Shown piece after piece: positions 1-11,503 of a stretch of DNA of 34,562 bases (its first letter is position 1; each line of letters opens with the position of its first letter). The DNA is from Betaproteobacteria bacterium. GTDB taxonomy: Bacteria > Pseudomonadota > Gammaproteobacteria > Burkholderiales > SG8-41. Below the pieces are notes generated by a model that was given only the letters and a program-made list of their open reading frames with translations, made no database searches and was not told the DNA's origin. The stretch is from NCBI GenBank assembly GCA_029883965.1, contig JAOUIN010000002.1, forward strand, positions 1-34,562, in the 5' to 3' direction. The position numbers were made by a program, and so were the translations under genes.

Positions 1-218
1 ATGGCCACGCGCTTAAGATCTGGCAGGCCGAACCGGTGTCTGCGGCACCGGCTCCGCCCGGCACTTTGCTGCAAGTGACCGACGAAGGCATCGTGGTCGC
101 GACGGGAGTCGGGGCAGTTCGCCTGCTCGAACTGCAGCGCGCCGGCGGCAGGCGCCTGCCGAGCAAACAATTTCTCGCCGGCATGGCCATGCATACTGGC
201 ACCTGTTTTGACACCTGA
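1..218 (+). CDS. fmt: methionyl-tRNA formyltransferase, C-terminal fragment (5' end outside window)
   Basis: The frame is open from the window edge (GHALKIWQAEPVSAAPAPPGTLLQVTDEGIVVATGVGAVRLLELQRAGGRRLPSKQFLAG...). It resembles the Fmt C-terminal domain and lies directly upstream of rsmB, the classical fmt-rsmB pair. The GTG at 36 in the ORF track is an internal codon. Confidence 0.7.
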   Translation, partial: GHALKIWQAEPVSAAPAPPGTLLQVTDEGIVVATGVGAVRLLELQRAGGRRLPSKQFLAGMAMHTGTCFDT

Positions 219-236
219 AACGCGGGAGCGCAGAGC

Positions 237-1526
237 TTGAGCATGGAGCGCGTGCAATGCCTGGCTGCTGCGATTATTGCCCGGGTACTGTCAGGTCGCA
301 GTCTGGATGCTGAACTGGCGGCGGCTTGGCGGAACGAACCCGCGCTGACACCCCAGCAACGCGGCGGTGTACAGGATCTGGCGTACGGCGTCTTGCGTCA
401 CCTCGGAAATCTCGACGGAATCATCGGCCGGCTGTTGCGGAACCCGCTGACTGACGCGCCGGTGCGCCATCTGCTGCTGGTCGCGCTCTACCAGTTGAGC
501 CATACCAAAGCTCGTGCGTATACCATTGTGGATCATGCAGTGCCTGCCTGCGCCAGTATCGGATATCCGCGAGCCCAGGGGCTGGTCAACGCAGTCTTGC
601 GCAACTACCTGCGGCGACGCGCAGAAATTGATGTTGCTGTCGCGGCGACGGATGAAGGGCGCTATTCCTATCAGACCTGGTGGCTAGCCAAACTGGCCGC
701 CCAGTATCCGCGGAACTATCGGGCCATCCTTGAGGCCGGGAATGTTCGTCCGCCCCTGACGCTGCGGGTCAATCGCCGGCGTATCGCGCGTGACGACTAT
801 ATCGAATTGCTGGGGCGTGAACTGATTGCGGCGCGCCCCGTCGGCCGTTACGGGCTCATCGTTGACAAGCCCCGGCCGGTTGCGCAGCTTCCAGGTTTTG
901 CCGAGGGGCAGGTTTCGGTACAGGATGCCGGTGCGCAATTGGCGGCCGAACTGCTGGATGTGTATGACGGGATGCGGGTTCTGGATGCATGCGCGGCGCC
1001 CGGCGGCAAAACCGCACATCTGCTGGAACTGGCCGACCTGGATCTTACGGCAGTCGACGTTAACGAGGAGCGGCTGCAGCGGATTGCGGAAAATCTGGCG
1101 CGCCTTTCGCTGCACGCACACCTGCTGTGTGCTGATGCCGAGCAGCCGGAACAGTGGCAGGGCGCCGCGCCGTTTGACCGGATCCTCGCCGACGTTCCGT
1201 GTACGGCGTCAGGCGTAGTGCGCCGACATCCGGATATCAAATGGTTGCGCCAGCCACGGGATGTTCAGGCGCTTGCAATCAGGCAGACGCGTATTCTCGA
1301 TACGCTTTGGCAGTTGCTTCGCAGAGGTGGTAAATTGCTGTATGCGACGTGCTCTGTTTTTACCGAAGAGAATAACGGGCAAGTCGAACACTTTATTGCC
1401 CGTCATCCTGATGCGCGGCGGCTGTTGCTTCCGCCGCTTGCTGACGGCATAGAACACATCGACGGCCAACTTCTTCCCGACGTCGCGCATGATGGTTTTT
1501 TCTACGCCCTACTGGAAAAAAATTAA
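237..1526 (+). CDS. rsmB: 16S rRNA (cytosine967-C5)-methyltransferase RsmB/Sun
   Basis: 429-aa ORF with a SAM-binding DACAAPGGKT motif. It carries the two catalytic-Cys motifs DVPCTASGVVRRHPDIKW and LLYATCSVFTEEN and a NusB-like N-terminal half. The start is TTG 237 or ATG 243. Confidence 0.9.
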   Translation: MSMERVQCLAAAIIARVLSGRSLDAELAAAWRNEPALTPQQRGGVQDLAYGVLRHLGNLDGIIGRLLRNPLTDAPVRHLLLVALYQLSHTKARAYTIVDHAVPACASIGYPRAQGLVNAVLRNYLRRRAEIDVAVAATDEGRYSYQTWWLAKLAAQYPRNYRAILEAGNVRPPLTLRVNRRRIARDDYIELLGRELIAARPVGRYGLIVDKPRPVAQLPGFAEGQVSVQDAGAQLAAELLDVYDGMRVLDACAAPGGKTAHLLELADLDLTAVDVNEERLQRIAENLARLSLHAHLLCADAEQPEQWQGAAPFDRILADVPCTASGVVRRHPDIKWLRQPRDVQALAIRQTRILDTLWQLLRRGGKLLYATCSVFTEENNGQVEHFIARHPDARRLLLPPLADGIEHIDGQLLPDVAHDGFFYALLEKN

Positions 1527-2070
1527 GCTGCTTGCGCTGCTGCCGGCGTTTTTGCTGGCGGCGCTCCCGGCATTTGCTGCGCAAACGCACGGCATAGAAG
1601 TGCGCCGCGCGGTATTTATCGCGGCGGATGAACACTATGTCCTTGAAACCGACATCGACATCATTCTGTCGCCGCCGCTTGAGGAGGCGCTGCACAAAGG
1701 CATTTCGCTGTATTTTCTGCTTGAATTCGAACTGGTCCGCTCCCGCTGGTACTGGTTCAACGAGAAAGCGATCGCCAATCAGCAGCAGTACCGGTTGTCA
1801 TTCAATGCGCTTACCCGCCAGTACCGAATCGGCATCGGCGCGTTCTATCAGAACTTTCCTACTCTGACAGAAGCGCTGGAAGTCATGAGCAAGGTACGGC
1901 GGCGCGAGGACATCGAGCCCGGCGTACTCAGCAAGGGCACAAGCTATGTCGCGGGTTTGCGGTTGCGGCTGGACACGTCGCAGTTGCCGAAGCCGTTCAA
2001 TCTCAATGCCCTGGGGTCACGCGAATGGAGCCTGGGATCCGAATGGTATCGCTGGACGGTGACACCATGA
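1489..2070 (+). CDS. exported DUF4390-family protein (function unknown)
   Basis: 193-aa ORF with a signal peptide (WKKIKLLALLPAFLLAALPAFA/AQ). It occupies the rsmB-ntrY position where DUF4390 genes sit in related genomes. It overlaps the rsmB 3' end by 38 nt, and its TGA overlaps the ATG of the kinase gene (ATGA at 2067-2070). Confidence 0.6.
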   Translation: MMVFSTPYWKKIKLLALLPAFLLAALPAFAAQTHGIEVRRAVFIAADEHYVLETDIDIILSPPLEEALHKGISLYFLLEFELVRSRWYWFNEKAIANQQQYRLSFNALTRQYRIGIGAFYQNFPTLTEALEVMSKVRRREDIEPGVLSKGTSYVAGLRLRLDTSQLPKPFNLNALGSREWSLGSEWYRWTVTP

Positions 2071-4256
2071 CCACCTTGGCCAACGGCAAACCCATGCATG
2101 CGGGCGCCGTCATGCGCTATCTGCTGCTCTCATGTGTCGGGCTCGGCGTTGCCGCGGTGTTCCTTCTGGCCTCGGTCAGCACGAATTCGGCGCTGTTCTC
2201 CGAGTACTACCCTGCGCTGCTCACGATCAACCTGATTATCGCGCTGTTGCTCGCGGGCATGGTCACATATCAGCTGATCAGCCTGCGGCGGCGGCTCAAG
2301 GCAGGCGTCTTCGGTGCCAAACTGACATTGCGCCTGGTGATGTTGTTTGCATTGATGGCGGTCCTGCCGGGCGCATTGATCTACGGCGTGTCGGTGCAAT
2401 TCGTATCCCAAAGTATCGAATCATGGTTCGAGGTGCGGCTGGACGGCGCGCTGGAGAGCGGGCTCAATCTCGGTCGTGGCACGCTGGATGGCCGCCTGGT
2501 CGAGCTCGCGTCTAAAGCCGAGGCAATGGCATCGACGCTGTCAATACGTCCGACCGCAGAACACATTACGGCGCTTCATGTTTTGCGTGAGCAGGCGGCC
2601 GTTGATGAAGCGACGTTGTTTACTGCGCGCGGAAAAATAATCGTATTCTCCCGAAACGACCAGAGCAGCCTTGTTCCTGAAGCCCCCAGCGCCGCGGCGC
2701 TACGCCAAATTCGCCTGCAAAAAACCTACAGCGTCATCGAGTCCATTCCGGATCGCGGCCTTTATCTGCGCGCGCTGGCTCCGGTCAACGTGCCCTCACT
2801 GGCCGAGGACACCCGAGTGCTGCAGTTGCTGCAACCGGTGCCGAAGCAGATCGCGCGGGATGCCGAGATCGTGCAGGCGGGGTATCGCGAATATCAGGAG
2901 TTGCAGCTTTCCCGGCGCGGGCTCAAGCGCCTGTACGCGATTACCCTGACATTGACCCTGTTGCTGTCGCTGCTGTCGGCGCTGGGGTTGGCGTTTGTGT
3001 TATCCAATCGCCTGTCTGCTCCGCTGAGCGCCCTTGTCGAGGGCACACGCGCGGTGGCACAAGGCGATTTCAGTCGCCGCGCCGCAGTGGCCAGTCGCGA
3101 TGAACTGGGTCAGCTGACCCAGTCTTTCAACAGCATGACCCTGCAGCTTGCCGAAGCGCAGTCGCGCGTCGAGCGTAATCAGGCGCAGGTCGCACATGCC
3201 AAAACGTATCTCGAAAGTGTATTGGCGCATCTGTCTGCCGGAGTGCTGACTTTCGATCGCAGTTTAAGTTTGCGTTCGGCAAATCCCAGCGCCTCCCAGA
3301 TTCTGGATATGGATTCCGCTTTGTTGCTCGGCACCGGCGCTCAGAACTGGGCGGGGATCAATCCGACACTGGCGCCGCTGGCACGAGAGGTGGTGGAGGC
3401 GTTTGGTCTTGCCGATGCCGGGGAGTGGCAGCGTCAGGTCGAGCGCGAGGTAAAGGGCGGGACACAAGTGCTGCTGCTGCGCGGAACGCGGTTTGGCGAA
3501 GGCAGCGATACCGGTCTGATCGTCGTGTTCGATGACGTGACCCAGCTGCTGCAGGCACAGCGCGATGCAGCCTGGGCGGAGGTTGCCCGCCGTCTTGCCC
3601 ATGAAATCAAGAATCCGTTGACGCCGATCCAGCTGTCGGCGGAACGCATGCAACTCAAGCTGGCACCAAAACTTTCAACAGGAGATGCTGAAATTCTGGT
3701 GCGCTCAACCGAGACTATCGTCAGCCAGGTCGCCGCCCTGAAACGCATGGTAGATGCATTCAGCCAGTATGCGCGGACGCCGGAACCCGCGTTGCGCGCG
3801 CTGGATCTCAACGGACTGATCCGGGAAGTGCTGATGCTGTACGAGTCGCTGGGTTCGAGTATAAGACTCGATCTTGCCCCCGATCTGCCGCCGGTACACG
3901 GGGACTCCACTCAGATCCGGCAGGTCATTCATAATCTGTTGCAGAATGCACAGGATGCTCTTGCCGGTACCGAGAAGCCGCGGATCGAAATTGTAACTGC
4001 TGTGCGCGCCGGTCGAGCCGAACTCTCGGTGACGGACAATGGCACCGGCTTTCCGGAGCACCTGATGAAGCGCGCATTTGAGCCTTATGTAACGACCAAA
4101 CCGCGCGGCACCGGACTGGGCCTGTCGATCGTGCGGAAAATAATCGACGAGCATCACGGTGAAGTGGAAATTTCGAATGTTGTTCCACACGGTGCGCGTG
4201 TGGTTATCGTGTTCCCTGCTGCTGCGAGCGGGAGCGGGGAGCGTACTGCAGCGTAA
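2067..4256 (+). CDS. ntrY: NtrY-like membrane sensor histidine kinase (TM-HAMP-PAS-HisKA-HATPase)
   Basis: N-terminal TM helices and a HAMP-like segment (SAPLSALVEGTRAVAQGDFSRR..ELGQLTQSFNSM). H-box HEIKNPLTPIQLSAERM, N box HNLLQNAQDA, and G boxes DNGTGF and GTGLGLSIVRKII. ATG 2067 is translationally coupled to the upstream gene, so the ORF-track start at 2025 is probably too far upstream. Confidence 0.85.
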   Translation: MTTLANGKPMHAGAVMRYLLLSCVGLGVAAVFLLASVSTNSALFSEYYPALLTINLIIALLLAGMVTYQLISLRRRLKAGVFGAKLTLRLVMLFALMAVLPGALIYGVSVQFVSQSIESWFEVRLDGALESGLNLGRGTLDGRLVELASKAEAMASTLSIRPTAEHITALHVLREQAAVDEATLFTARGKIIVFSRNDQSSLVPEAPSAAALRQIRLQKTYSVIESIPDRGLYLRALAPVNVPSLAEDTRVLQLLQPVPKQIARDAEIVQAGYREYQELQLSRRGLKRLYAITLTLTLLLSLLSALGLAFVLSNRLSAPLSALVEGTRAVAQGDFSRRAAVASRDELGQLTQSFNSMTLQLAEAQSRVERNQAQVAHAKTYLESVLAHLSAGVLTFDRSLSLRSANPSASQILDMDSALLLGTGAQNWAGINPTLAPLAREVVEAFGLADAGEWQRQVEREVKGGTQVLLLRGTRFGEGSDTGLIVVFDDVTQLLQAQRDAAWAEVARRLAHEIKNPLTPIQLSAERMQLKLAPKLSTGDAEILVRSTETIVSQVAALKRMVDAFSQYARTPEPALRALDLNGLIREVLMLYESLGSSIRLDLAPDLPPVHGDSTQIRQVIHNLLQNAQDALAGTEKPRIEIVTAVRAGRAELSVTDNGTGFPEHLMKRAFEPYVTTKPRGTGLGLSIVRKIIDEHHGEVEISNVVPHGARVVIVFPAAASGSGERTAA

Positions 4257-4275
4257 AATGCAGGCATAAATACAT

Positions 4276-5529
4276 ATGCGACAAATTCTTGTAGTAGACG
4301 ACGAAATCGGCATTCGTGAACTGTTGTCGGAAATCCTGTCTGACGAAGGCTACGATGTTCAGCTGGCGGAAAACGCAGGAGCAGCACGCGCTTTTCGCAG
4401 CCGGGTACGGCCGGACCTTGTCCTGCTCGATATCTGGATGCCGGACACGGACGGAATTACGCTGCTCAAGGAGTGGGCCAGCAGCGGTCAACTGACGATG
4501 CCGGTGGTAATGATGTCGGGCCACGGCACGATCGACACGGCAGTCGAGGCATCGCGCATAGGGGCCTACGATTTTCTTGAGAAACCCATCGCACTGCAGA
4601 AACTGCTGGCGACCGTGGGGCGCGCCATTACCCGGGGTGAGCAGCGACCGCACGCCGCGGCGTCACTGGGCGTGCTGGGGCGCACGCCGGTGATGCAGGA
4701 AATCAAGCAACGCCTTGAGCGCATTGCGGTCAGCCGGGCGCCGGTTCTGATCCAGGGCCCACCGGGCTGCGCATTCGAAGCCTGCGCGCGTGCACTGCAT
4801 GCGCCCAGCAATCCGTGGAGCGTTGTCGATCAAGGCAGTCAGATGGTCGAGGCACCGCTGGATCTGCTTCATGCCGCGCGCGGCGGCACGTTGTTTGTGC
4901 GGGATGTCGCCGAGCTCAACAAACTGGAGCAACGCGGACTGCTCGTGTTGCTGTCGCAGGCGGAACGTTACAACGTACGCGTGATTTGCGGCTCAACGCG
5001 TCCGCTCCCGGCGTTGGTGGCGAACGGCGATTTTGATGATCGTGTTTATCAGATGCTCGGCTCCACGACCATACAGCTGCCGCCATTGCGCGAGCAACGC
5101 GACGATATTCCGGAGCTCGCGAGTGTGCTGCTTAACGACATGGTGGAACAGAAACTGGTCGTGCCCCGGCAATTCAGTACAGCGGCACTCAATACGCTGC
5201 GCAACTACGACTGGCCAGGCAACATGTCCGAGCTGCGCAGCGTGGTTCAGACGCTGGCCAACACCGCGATTGGTGAGCATATATCCCTTGAGGAAACCCA
5301 GCGGGCGCTGCCGCAGGCAGCTGCGCCGAATGCGGCGGCTGCCCTGCAGCTTGATGCACCGTTGCGCGAAGCGCGCGATGCGTTTGAGCGTACTTATTTC
5401 GAGTATCACCTGGCGCGGGAGGGCGGCAACATCAGCCGCGTAGCGGACGCGGCCGGACTGGAGCGTACGCATTTGTATCGCAAGCTCAAGCACTTGGGTA
5501 TCAAGACCTCCCGCAAAACCGACGACTGA
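4276..5529 (+). CDS. ntrX: NtrX-like response regulator (receiver, degenerate AAA+ domain, Fis-type HTH)
   Basis: Receiver motifs [19 protein letters not shown] and MMSGHG. The central domain is collinear with NtrC-type AAA+ domains but has degenerate ATPase motifs. C-terminal HTH is [27 protein letters not shown]. Confidence 0.85.
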   Translation: MRQILVVDDEIGIRELLSEILSDEGYDVQLAENAGAARAFRSRVRPDLVLLDIWMPDTDGITLLKEWASSGQLTMPVVMMSGHGTIDTAVEASRIGAYDFLEKPIALQKLLATVGRAITRGEQRPHAAASLGVLGRTPVMQEIKQRLERIAVSRAPVLIQGPPGCAFEACARALHAPSNPWSVVDQGSQMVEAPLDLLHAARGGTLFVRDVAELNKLEQRGLLVLLSQAERYNVRVICGSTRPLPALVANGDFDDRVYQMLGSTTIQLPPLREQRDDIPELASVLLNDMVEQKLVVPRQFSTAALNTLRNYDWPGNMSELRSVVQTLANTAIGEHISLEETQRALPQAAAPNAAAALQLDAPLREARDAFERTYFEYHLAREGGNISRVADAAGLERTHLYRKLKHLGIKTSRKTDD

Positions 5530-5572
5530 AGCGGGCTTAGCGGCCGTCGGTTCTCGCATCAACAGCGGGCCT

Positions 5573-5589
5573 GCCGCTATAATTGCGGC
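5573..5589 (+). promoter_or_regulatory. candidate -10 element (perfect TATAAT, 5578-5583) bracketed by the inverted repeat GCCGC/GCGGC, upstream of tkt
   Basis: The sequence is GCCGC-TATAATT-GCGGC, about 40 nt upstream of ATG 5624. I found no convincing -35 hexamer at 16-18 bp. Confidence 0.3.
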
Positions 5590-5623
5590 TTTCCGCGACA
5601 TCATTCCATCAGGATTGCAAGTC

Positions 5624-7627
5624 ATGAATTCCCGACCCGAGTTGGCGAATGCGCTGCGCGCGTTGGCCATGGATGCTGTGCAACAGGCCAACTCCGGCCA
5701 TCCCGGCATGCCCATGGGCATGGCGGAAATCGCCGAAGCCCTTTGGCATCGCCACCTGCGCCATAATCCGGCCAATCCGCAGTGGGCCAATCGCGACCGC
5801 TTCGTGCTGTCGAACGGCCACGGCTCCATGCTGCTCTATGGTTTGCTGCATCTGACCGGCTACGATCTGCCGATCGATGAACTCAAGCGGTTCCGCCAAC
5901 TGCATTCGAAGACGCCGGGTCACCCCGAGTACGGCATGGCGCCGGGCATAGAAACCACGACGGGTCCGCTGGGCCAGGGTTTGGCGAACGCGGTTGGCAT
6001 GGCCATTGCCGAGCGTGTGCTTGCCGATAGCTTCAATCGTGAGGGCCATGACATCGTCGATCATCGTACCTACGCATTCCTTGGCGACGGCTGCCTGATG
6101 GAAGGGATCTCGCACGAAGCCTGCTCCCTCGCCGGCACACTGGGCCTGCGTAAGCTGATTGCGCTGTACGACGACAACGGCATCTCCATAGACTCCGAAA
6201 AAGCACAATTAAAACAATGGTTTACGGATAACACACCACAGCGTTTTGCGGCTTACGGCTGGAATGTCATCTACGGGGTAGACGGCCATGACACCGATGC
6301 TGTGGATGTCGCAATCCGGCAGGCGCAGGCTGAGACCCGCCGGCCCACATTGATCTGTTGCAAGACCGTGATCGGAAAAGGCGCACCGAAGAAACAGAAC
6401 ACCGGCGGGGCACACGGTGCGCCGCTGGGCCCTGAAGAAATCGCAGCGACTCGCGCCGCCATAGGCTGGCCACACGCGCCGTTCGAAATTCCCGAAGCCG
6501 TGCGTGCCGAATGGAACGCGCGGGATCGCGGCGCGGCACTCGAGTCGGAGTGGAGCCGGAAGTTTGCCGCGTACGCGGCGGCGCATCCGGATGCCGCAGC
6601 TGACTTTCAGCGGCGCATGGCCGGCAGCTTGCCGGAGAACTGGGCGGGGCACCGTGATGCGTTTATTGCGCAGACCGTGCAGAAAGCTGAAACGATAGCC
6701 ACGCGCAAAGCTTCGCAGAACGCAATCGAAGGTCTGGCGCCGGCGTTGCCTGAGCTGATCGGCGGTTCGGCGGACCTGGCCGGCTCCAATCTGACATTGT
6801 GGTCCGGCTCAAAAGGCGTGAGTGCAGCCAACGGCGGCAATTACATTTATTTCGGTGTACGTGAATTCGGCATGGCCGCGATCTGCAACGGCATTGCCCT
6901 GCACGGCGGACTGATTCCCTATCACGCCACTTTTCTCGTGTTCTCGGACTACGCGCGCAATGCGCTGCGCATGGCAGCGTTGATGAAGCAGCGTGTTGTC
7001 TGTGTGTTTACCCATGATTCGATCGGTCTCGGGCAGGACGGTCCTACCCACCAGCCGGTGGAACATGCCGCGTCGCTGCGGCTGATGCCGAACATGAATG
7101 TGTGGCGGCCCTGCGATACGGTTGAGGTTGCGGCGGCCTGGGCACACGCGATCGAACATCGTGAAGGACCGTCCAGTCTGCTGTTGTCACGGGACGCGTT
7201 GCCGTTCCAGCAACGCAGCGCCGAGCAGCTTGCCGCGATAGCGCGGGGAGGTTATGTCCTCGCGGAGTCCGCGGGCGGCGTGCCACGCGCGGTGATCATT
7301 GCCACCGGCTCGGAAGTCGCCGTGGCGCTCGCCGCACAAAAAACGCTGGCTGCGGAGAACATTGCTGTGAGGGTAGTTTCGATGCCCTGCACGGAAGTCT
7401 TCGACCGGCAGGATGCGGCCTGGCGTGACATGGTGCTGCCGCGCGGCGTGCCGCGTGTTGCGGTCGAGGCGGGCGTCACGGATTACTGGCGCAAGTATGT
7501 CGGACTCGAGGGTGCGGTCATCGGCATCGATCGCTATGGTGAATCCGCGCCTGCGGGCGAACTGTTCAAGTTTTTCGGCATCACCGGTGACCATGTCTCG
7601 GCGGCGGTGCGGAGTGTGGTGGCGTAA
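5624..7627 (+). CDS. tkt: transketolase
   Basis: N-terminus [31 protein letters not shown], ThDP motif [13 protein letters not shown], and full-length collinearity (about 667 aa). ATG 5624 lies 9 nt after AGGA (5611-5614). The TTG at 5615 in the ORF track is unlikely to be the start. Confidence 0.95.
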   Translation: MNSRPELANALRALAMDAVQQANSGHPGMPMGMAEIAEALWHRHLRHNPANPQWANRDRFVLSNGHGSMLLYGLLHLTGYDLPIDELKRFRQLHSKTPGHPEYGMAPGIETTTGPLGQGLANAVGMAIAERVLADSFNREGHDIVDHRTYAFLGDGCLMEGISHEACSLAGTLGLRKLIALYDDNGISIDSEKAQLKQWFTDNTPQRFAAYGWNVIYGVDGHDTDAVDVAIRQAQAETRRPTLICCKTVIGKGAPKKQNTGGAHGAPLGPEEIAATRAAIGWPHAPFEIPEAVRAEWNARDRGAALESEWSRKFAAYAAAHPDAAADFQRRMAGSLPENWAGHRDAFIAQTVQKAETIATRKASQNAIEGLAPALPELIGGSADLAGSNLTLWSGSKGVSAANGGNYIYFGVREFGMAAICNGIALHGGLIPYHATFLVFSDYARNALRMAALMKQRVVCVFTHDSIGLGQDGPTHQPVEHAASLRLMPNMNVWRPCDTVEVAAAWAHAIEHREGPSSLLLSRDALPFQQRSAEQLAAIARGGYVLAESAGGVPRAVIIATGSEVAVALAAQKTLAAENIAVRVVSMPCTEVFDRQDAAWRDMVLPRGVPRVAVEAGVTDYWRKYVGLEGAVIGIDRYGESAPAGELFKFFGITGDHVSAAVRSVVA

Positions 7628-7638
7628 GGTATCGGTAG

Positions 7639-8667
<1,029 letters not shown>

Positions 8668-8774
8668 AGAACGAAAAGCAGGCGTCCAGAGGACGCTGAG
8701 AACACAGGGAACTTCACAGGGTTCCAGACTTTCACAGTGTCCTCTGTGAGCCGTGCGGCAAAAAAGGTGTTGAC

Positions 8775-9956
8775 TTGAAGTTTCTTCGATTGACAGATCT
8801 GCCGCTGGCCGGCAAGCGGGTGTTTATCCGGGCAGACCTCAACGTACCGCAGGATGCCGCGGGCAATATCACCGAGGACACGCGCATCCGCGCGACCCTG
8901 CCCGGAATCCAATATGCGCTGCAGTCCGGCGCCGCAGTCATGGTGACCTCGCATCTCGGCCGCCCGGCGGAAGGCGCGCTGCAGCCGGGCGACACGCTGG
9001 CGCCGGTCGCGCGGCGTCTGTCCGAGGTATTGGGTCGGCCGGTGCGCCTGGTGCAGAACTGGGTAGATGAAAAATTCGAGGTCAAGCCCGGTGAAGTCGT
9101 ATTGCTGGAAAATTGCCGTGGCAACAAGGGTGAGAAGAAAAACGATGAGGCCCTCGCGCGCAAGATGGCGGCGTTATGCGATGTTTATGTCAATGATGCA
9201 TTCGGTACAGCGCACCGCGCCGAAGCCACGACCCACGGGATAGCAAAATTTGCTCCTGTCGCGTGTGCCGGACCGCTGATGGCAGCCGAGCTCGATGCGT
9301 TGGGTAAGGCGCTTGATAAGCCGGCGCAGCCGTTGTTGGCCATAGTCGCCGGCTCCAAGGTATCGACCAAGCTGACCATCCTTAAATCGCTGGCGACCAA
9401 AGTCGATCAGCTGATCGTCGGTGGCGGTATTGCCAACACTTTCATGCTGGCGTCCGGCATGCGCATCGGCAAGTCTCTGGCGGAACCCGATCTCATCGGT
9501 GAGGCCCGGGCGATTGTTGACATCATGAAGGCGCGAGGCGCGCAGGTGCCATTGCCGGTCGATGTGGTGGTTGCCGACGAACTCTCGGCGTTGGCGCGTG
9601 CCAATCCGGTCGCAGCGGATGCAGTGCGACCCGACGATCTGATACTCGATGTCGGCGAAAAAACCGCGCACACGTTCGCCGGTCTGATTGCCAAGGCCGG
9701 CACCATTGTCTGGAACGGACCGGTTGGTGTGTTCGAATACGACCAGTTTGCCAATGGCACCCGGGTCATTGCCGAGGCAATTGCGGCGTCAAGCGCTTTT
9801 TCCATCGCGGGCGGCGGCGACACGCTGGCAGCGGTGGCGAAATTCGGCATTGCTGACAAGGTGTCCTATATTTCCACGGGCGGCGGTGCGTTTCTCGAGT
9901 TTCTCGAAGGACGGACGTTGCCGGCCGTTGCAGTGCTCGAAGAACGGGCAAAATAG
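8775..9956 (+). CDS. pgk: phosphoglycerate kinase
   Basis: [13 protein letters not shown]-terminus, AFGTAHRA, and [13 protein letters not shown] at the C-terminus. TTG start. Confidence 0.95.
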   Translation: MKFLRLTDLPLAGKRVFIRADLNVPQDAAGNITEDTRIRATLPGIQYALQSGAAVMVTSHLGRPAEGALQPGDTLAPVARRLSEVLGRPVRLVQNWVDEKFEVKPGEVVLLENCRGNKGEKKNDEALARKMAALCDVYVNDAFGTAHRAEATTHGIAKFAPVACAGPLMAAELDALGKALDKPAQPLLAIVAGSKVSTKLTILKSLATKVDQLIVGGGIANTFMLASGMRIGKSLAEPDLIGEARAIVDIMKARGAQVPLPVDVVVADELSALARANPVAADAVRPDDLILDVGEKTAHTFAGLIAKAGTIVWNGPVGVFEYDQFANGTRVIAEAIAASSAFSIAGGGDTLAAVAKFGIADKVSYISTGGGAFLEFLEGRTLPAVAVLEERAK

Positions 9957-10007
9957 CCGGTACTAGTCGCGCGTAATGCTCGCAAAGTATTTTAGGATGG
10001 GATCCGC

Positions 10008-11435
10008 ATGATACGCAGAACCAAGGTCGTGGCCACGCTGGGCCCCGCGTCCAGCGATGCTAAAACGCTGACGCGAATGATCAATGCCGGCCTTGATGTC
10101 GTGCGCATCAATTTTTCCCACGGCACACCGGATGAGCACCGCGCCCGGGTCGAACTTGTGCGCCGGCTGGCGCGCAAGGCCGGGCGGGCAGTCGGGGTGC
10201 TGGTTGATCTGCAGGGACCGAAGATCCGCATCGGCAAGTTCAAGGACGGCAAAATCACGCTGGTGCCGGGCGCGAAGTTCGTGCTCGATGCCGACTGCAA
10301 GCTGGGCGATCAGGACGTGGTCGGACTCGACTACAAGAATCTGCCGAATGACGTGCGGCCCGGCGATACGCTGCTGCTCGACGACGGTCGCATCGTGCTC
10401 GGTGTGGTCGCGGTTCGCGGCGCGCGGATTACGACAGCGGTTGAACAGGGCGGGTTGCTGTCGAACAACAAGGGCATCAACCGTAAAGGTGGTGGTCTGA
10501 CCGCGCCAGCGCTGACCGAGAAGGACAAACAGGACATTAAACTTGCCGCAGAACTCCGCGCTGATTTTCTCGGCGTGTCATTTCCACGCTCCGGCGCCGA
10601 CGTCAAATGGGCCCGGGATCTGTTGACCAAGGCCGGCGGCCACGGCCTGATCGTGTCGAAAATCGAGCGCGCCGAAGCGATACCCGCACTGGAAGAAATA
10701 CTCGACGCCTCTGATGCCATCATGGTGGCGCGCGGTGATCTTGCCGTGGAGGTCGGTGATGCGGTGGTGCCGGCGCTGCAGAAAAAAATGATCCGCATGG
10801 CACGCGAGAAGCAGAAGCTGACGATAACCGCCACGCAGATGATGGAATCAATGATCTCGAGTCCGATTCCGACGCGTGCCGAAGTTTCGGATGTGGCCAA
10901 CGCTGTGCTCGATGGCACGGATGCGGTGATGCTGTCGGCGGAGACGGCGGCAGGCCAGTACCCGGCGGAAACCATTGCGGCTATGGTGCGCGTCTGTGTC
11001 GAGGCTGAGAAGGAAGACATGCCGCAGAACGAGCGCCGTAGCGGCATGGGCCAGGCGGATGTCGAACAGGCCATCGCCCGGGCAACCGCATTCACATCTG
11101 CAGGCCTTGCTATCAAAGCTGTTGCTGCGCTGACGCAAAGCGGGCGCACTGCGCTGCTGATGTCGCGCATGTCCACGGCTGTGCCGATTTACGCCATGAG
11201 TTCGGTCATCGAGACTCGCCGCCGGGTGACACTGTTTCGCGGCGTGCATCCTGTCAAATTCAAGGGCGCGCGCAATCCGGAAAGAGCGCTGCAAATGGCC
11301 GAGGATGAACTGCTCAAACGCGGCGTGGTGCAACATGGCGACCTCATCGTGCTGACCATCGGCGAGCCTTTCGGCCGCGCCGGCGGCACCAACACGATGA
11401 AGATCGTCAAGGTTGGCGAGCACCGGAAAAACTGA
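10008..11435 (+). CDS. pyk: pyruvate kinase
   Basis: TKVVATLGPAS, RINFSHGT and IMVARGDLAVEVG motifs, 475 aa. Confidence 0.95.
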   Translation: MIRRTKVVATLGPASSDAKTLTRMINAGLDVVRINFSHGTPDEHRARVELVRRLARKAGRAVGVLVDLQGPKIRIGKFKDGKITLVPGAKFVLDADCKLGDQDVVGLDYKNLPNDVRPGDTLLLDDGRIVLGVVAVRGARITTAVEQGGLLSNNKGINRKGGGLTAPALTEKDKQDIKLAAELRADFLGVSFPRSGADVKWARDLLTKAGGHGLIVSKIERAEAIPALEEILDASDAIMVARGDLAVEVGDAVVPALQKKMIRMAREKQKLTITATQMMESMISSPIPTRAEVSDVANAVLDGTDAVMLSAETAAGQYPAETIAAMVRVCVEAEKEDMPQNERRSGMGQADVEQAIARATAFTSAGLAIKAVAALTQSGRTALLMSRMSTAVPIYAMSSVIETRRRVTLFRGVHPVKFKGARNPERALQMAEDELLKRGVVQHGDLIVLTIGEPFGRAGGTNTMKIVKVGEHRKN

Positions 11436-11503
11436 TTCCCGCGTGTAAAATGTAGCGGCGTTTCACCGCCGAATTCAGATATCAAACCAGCAGGAGTATT
11501 CAT

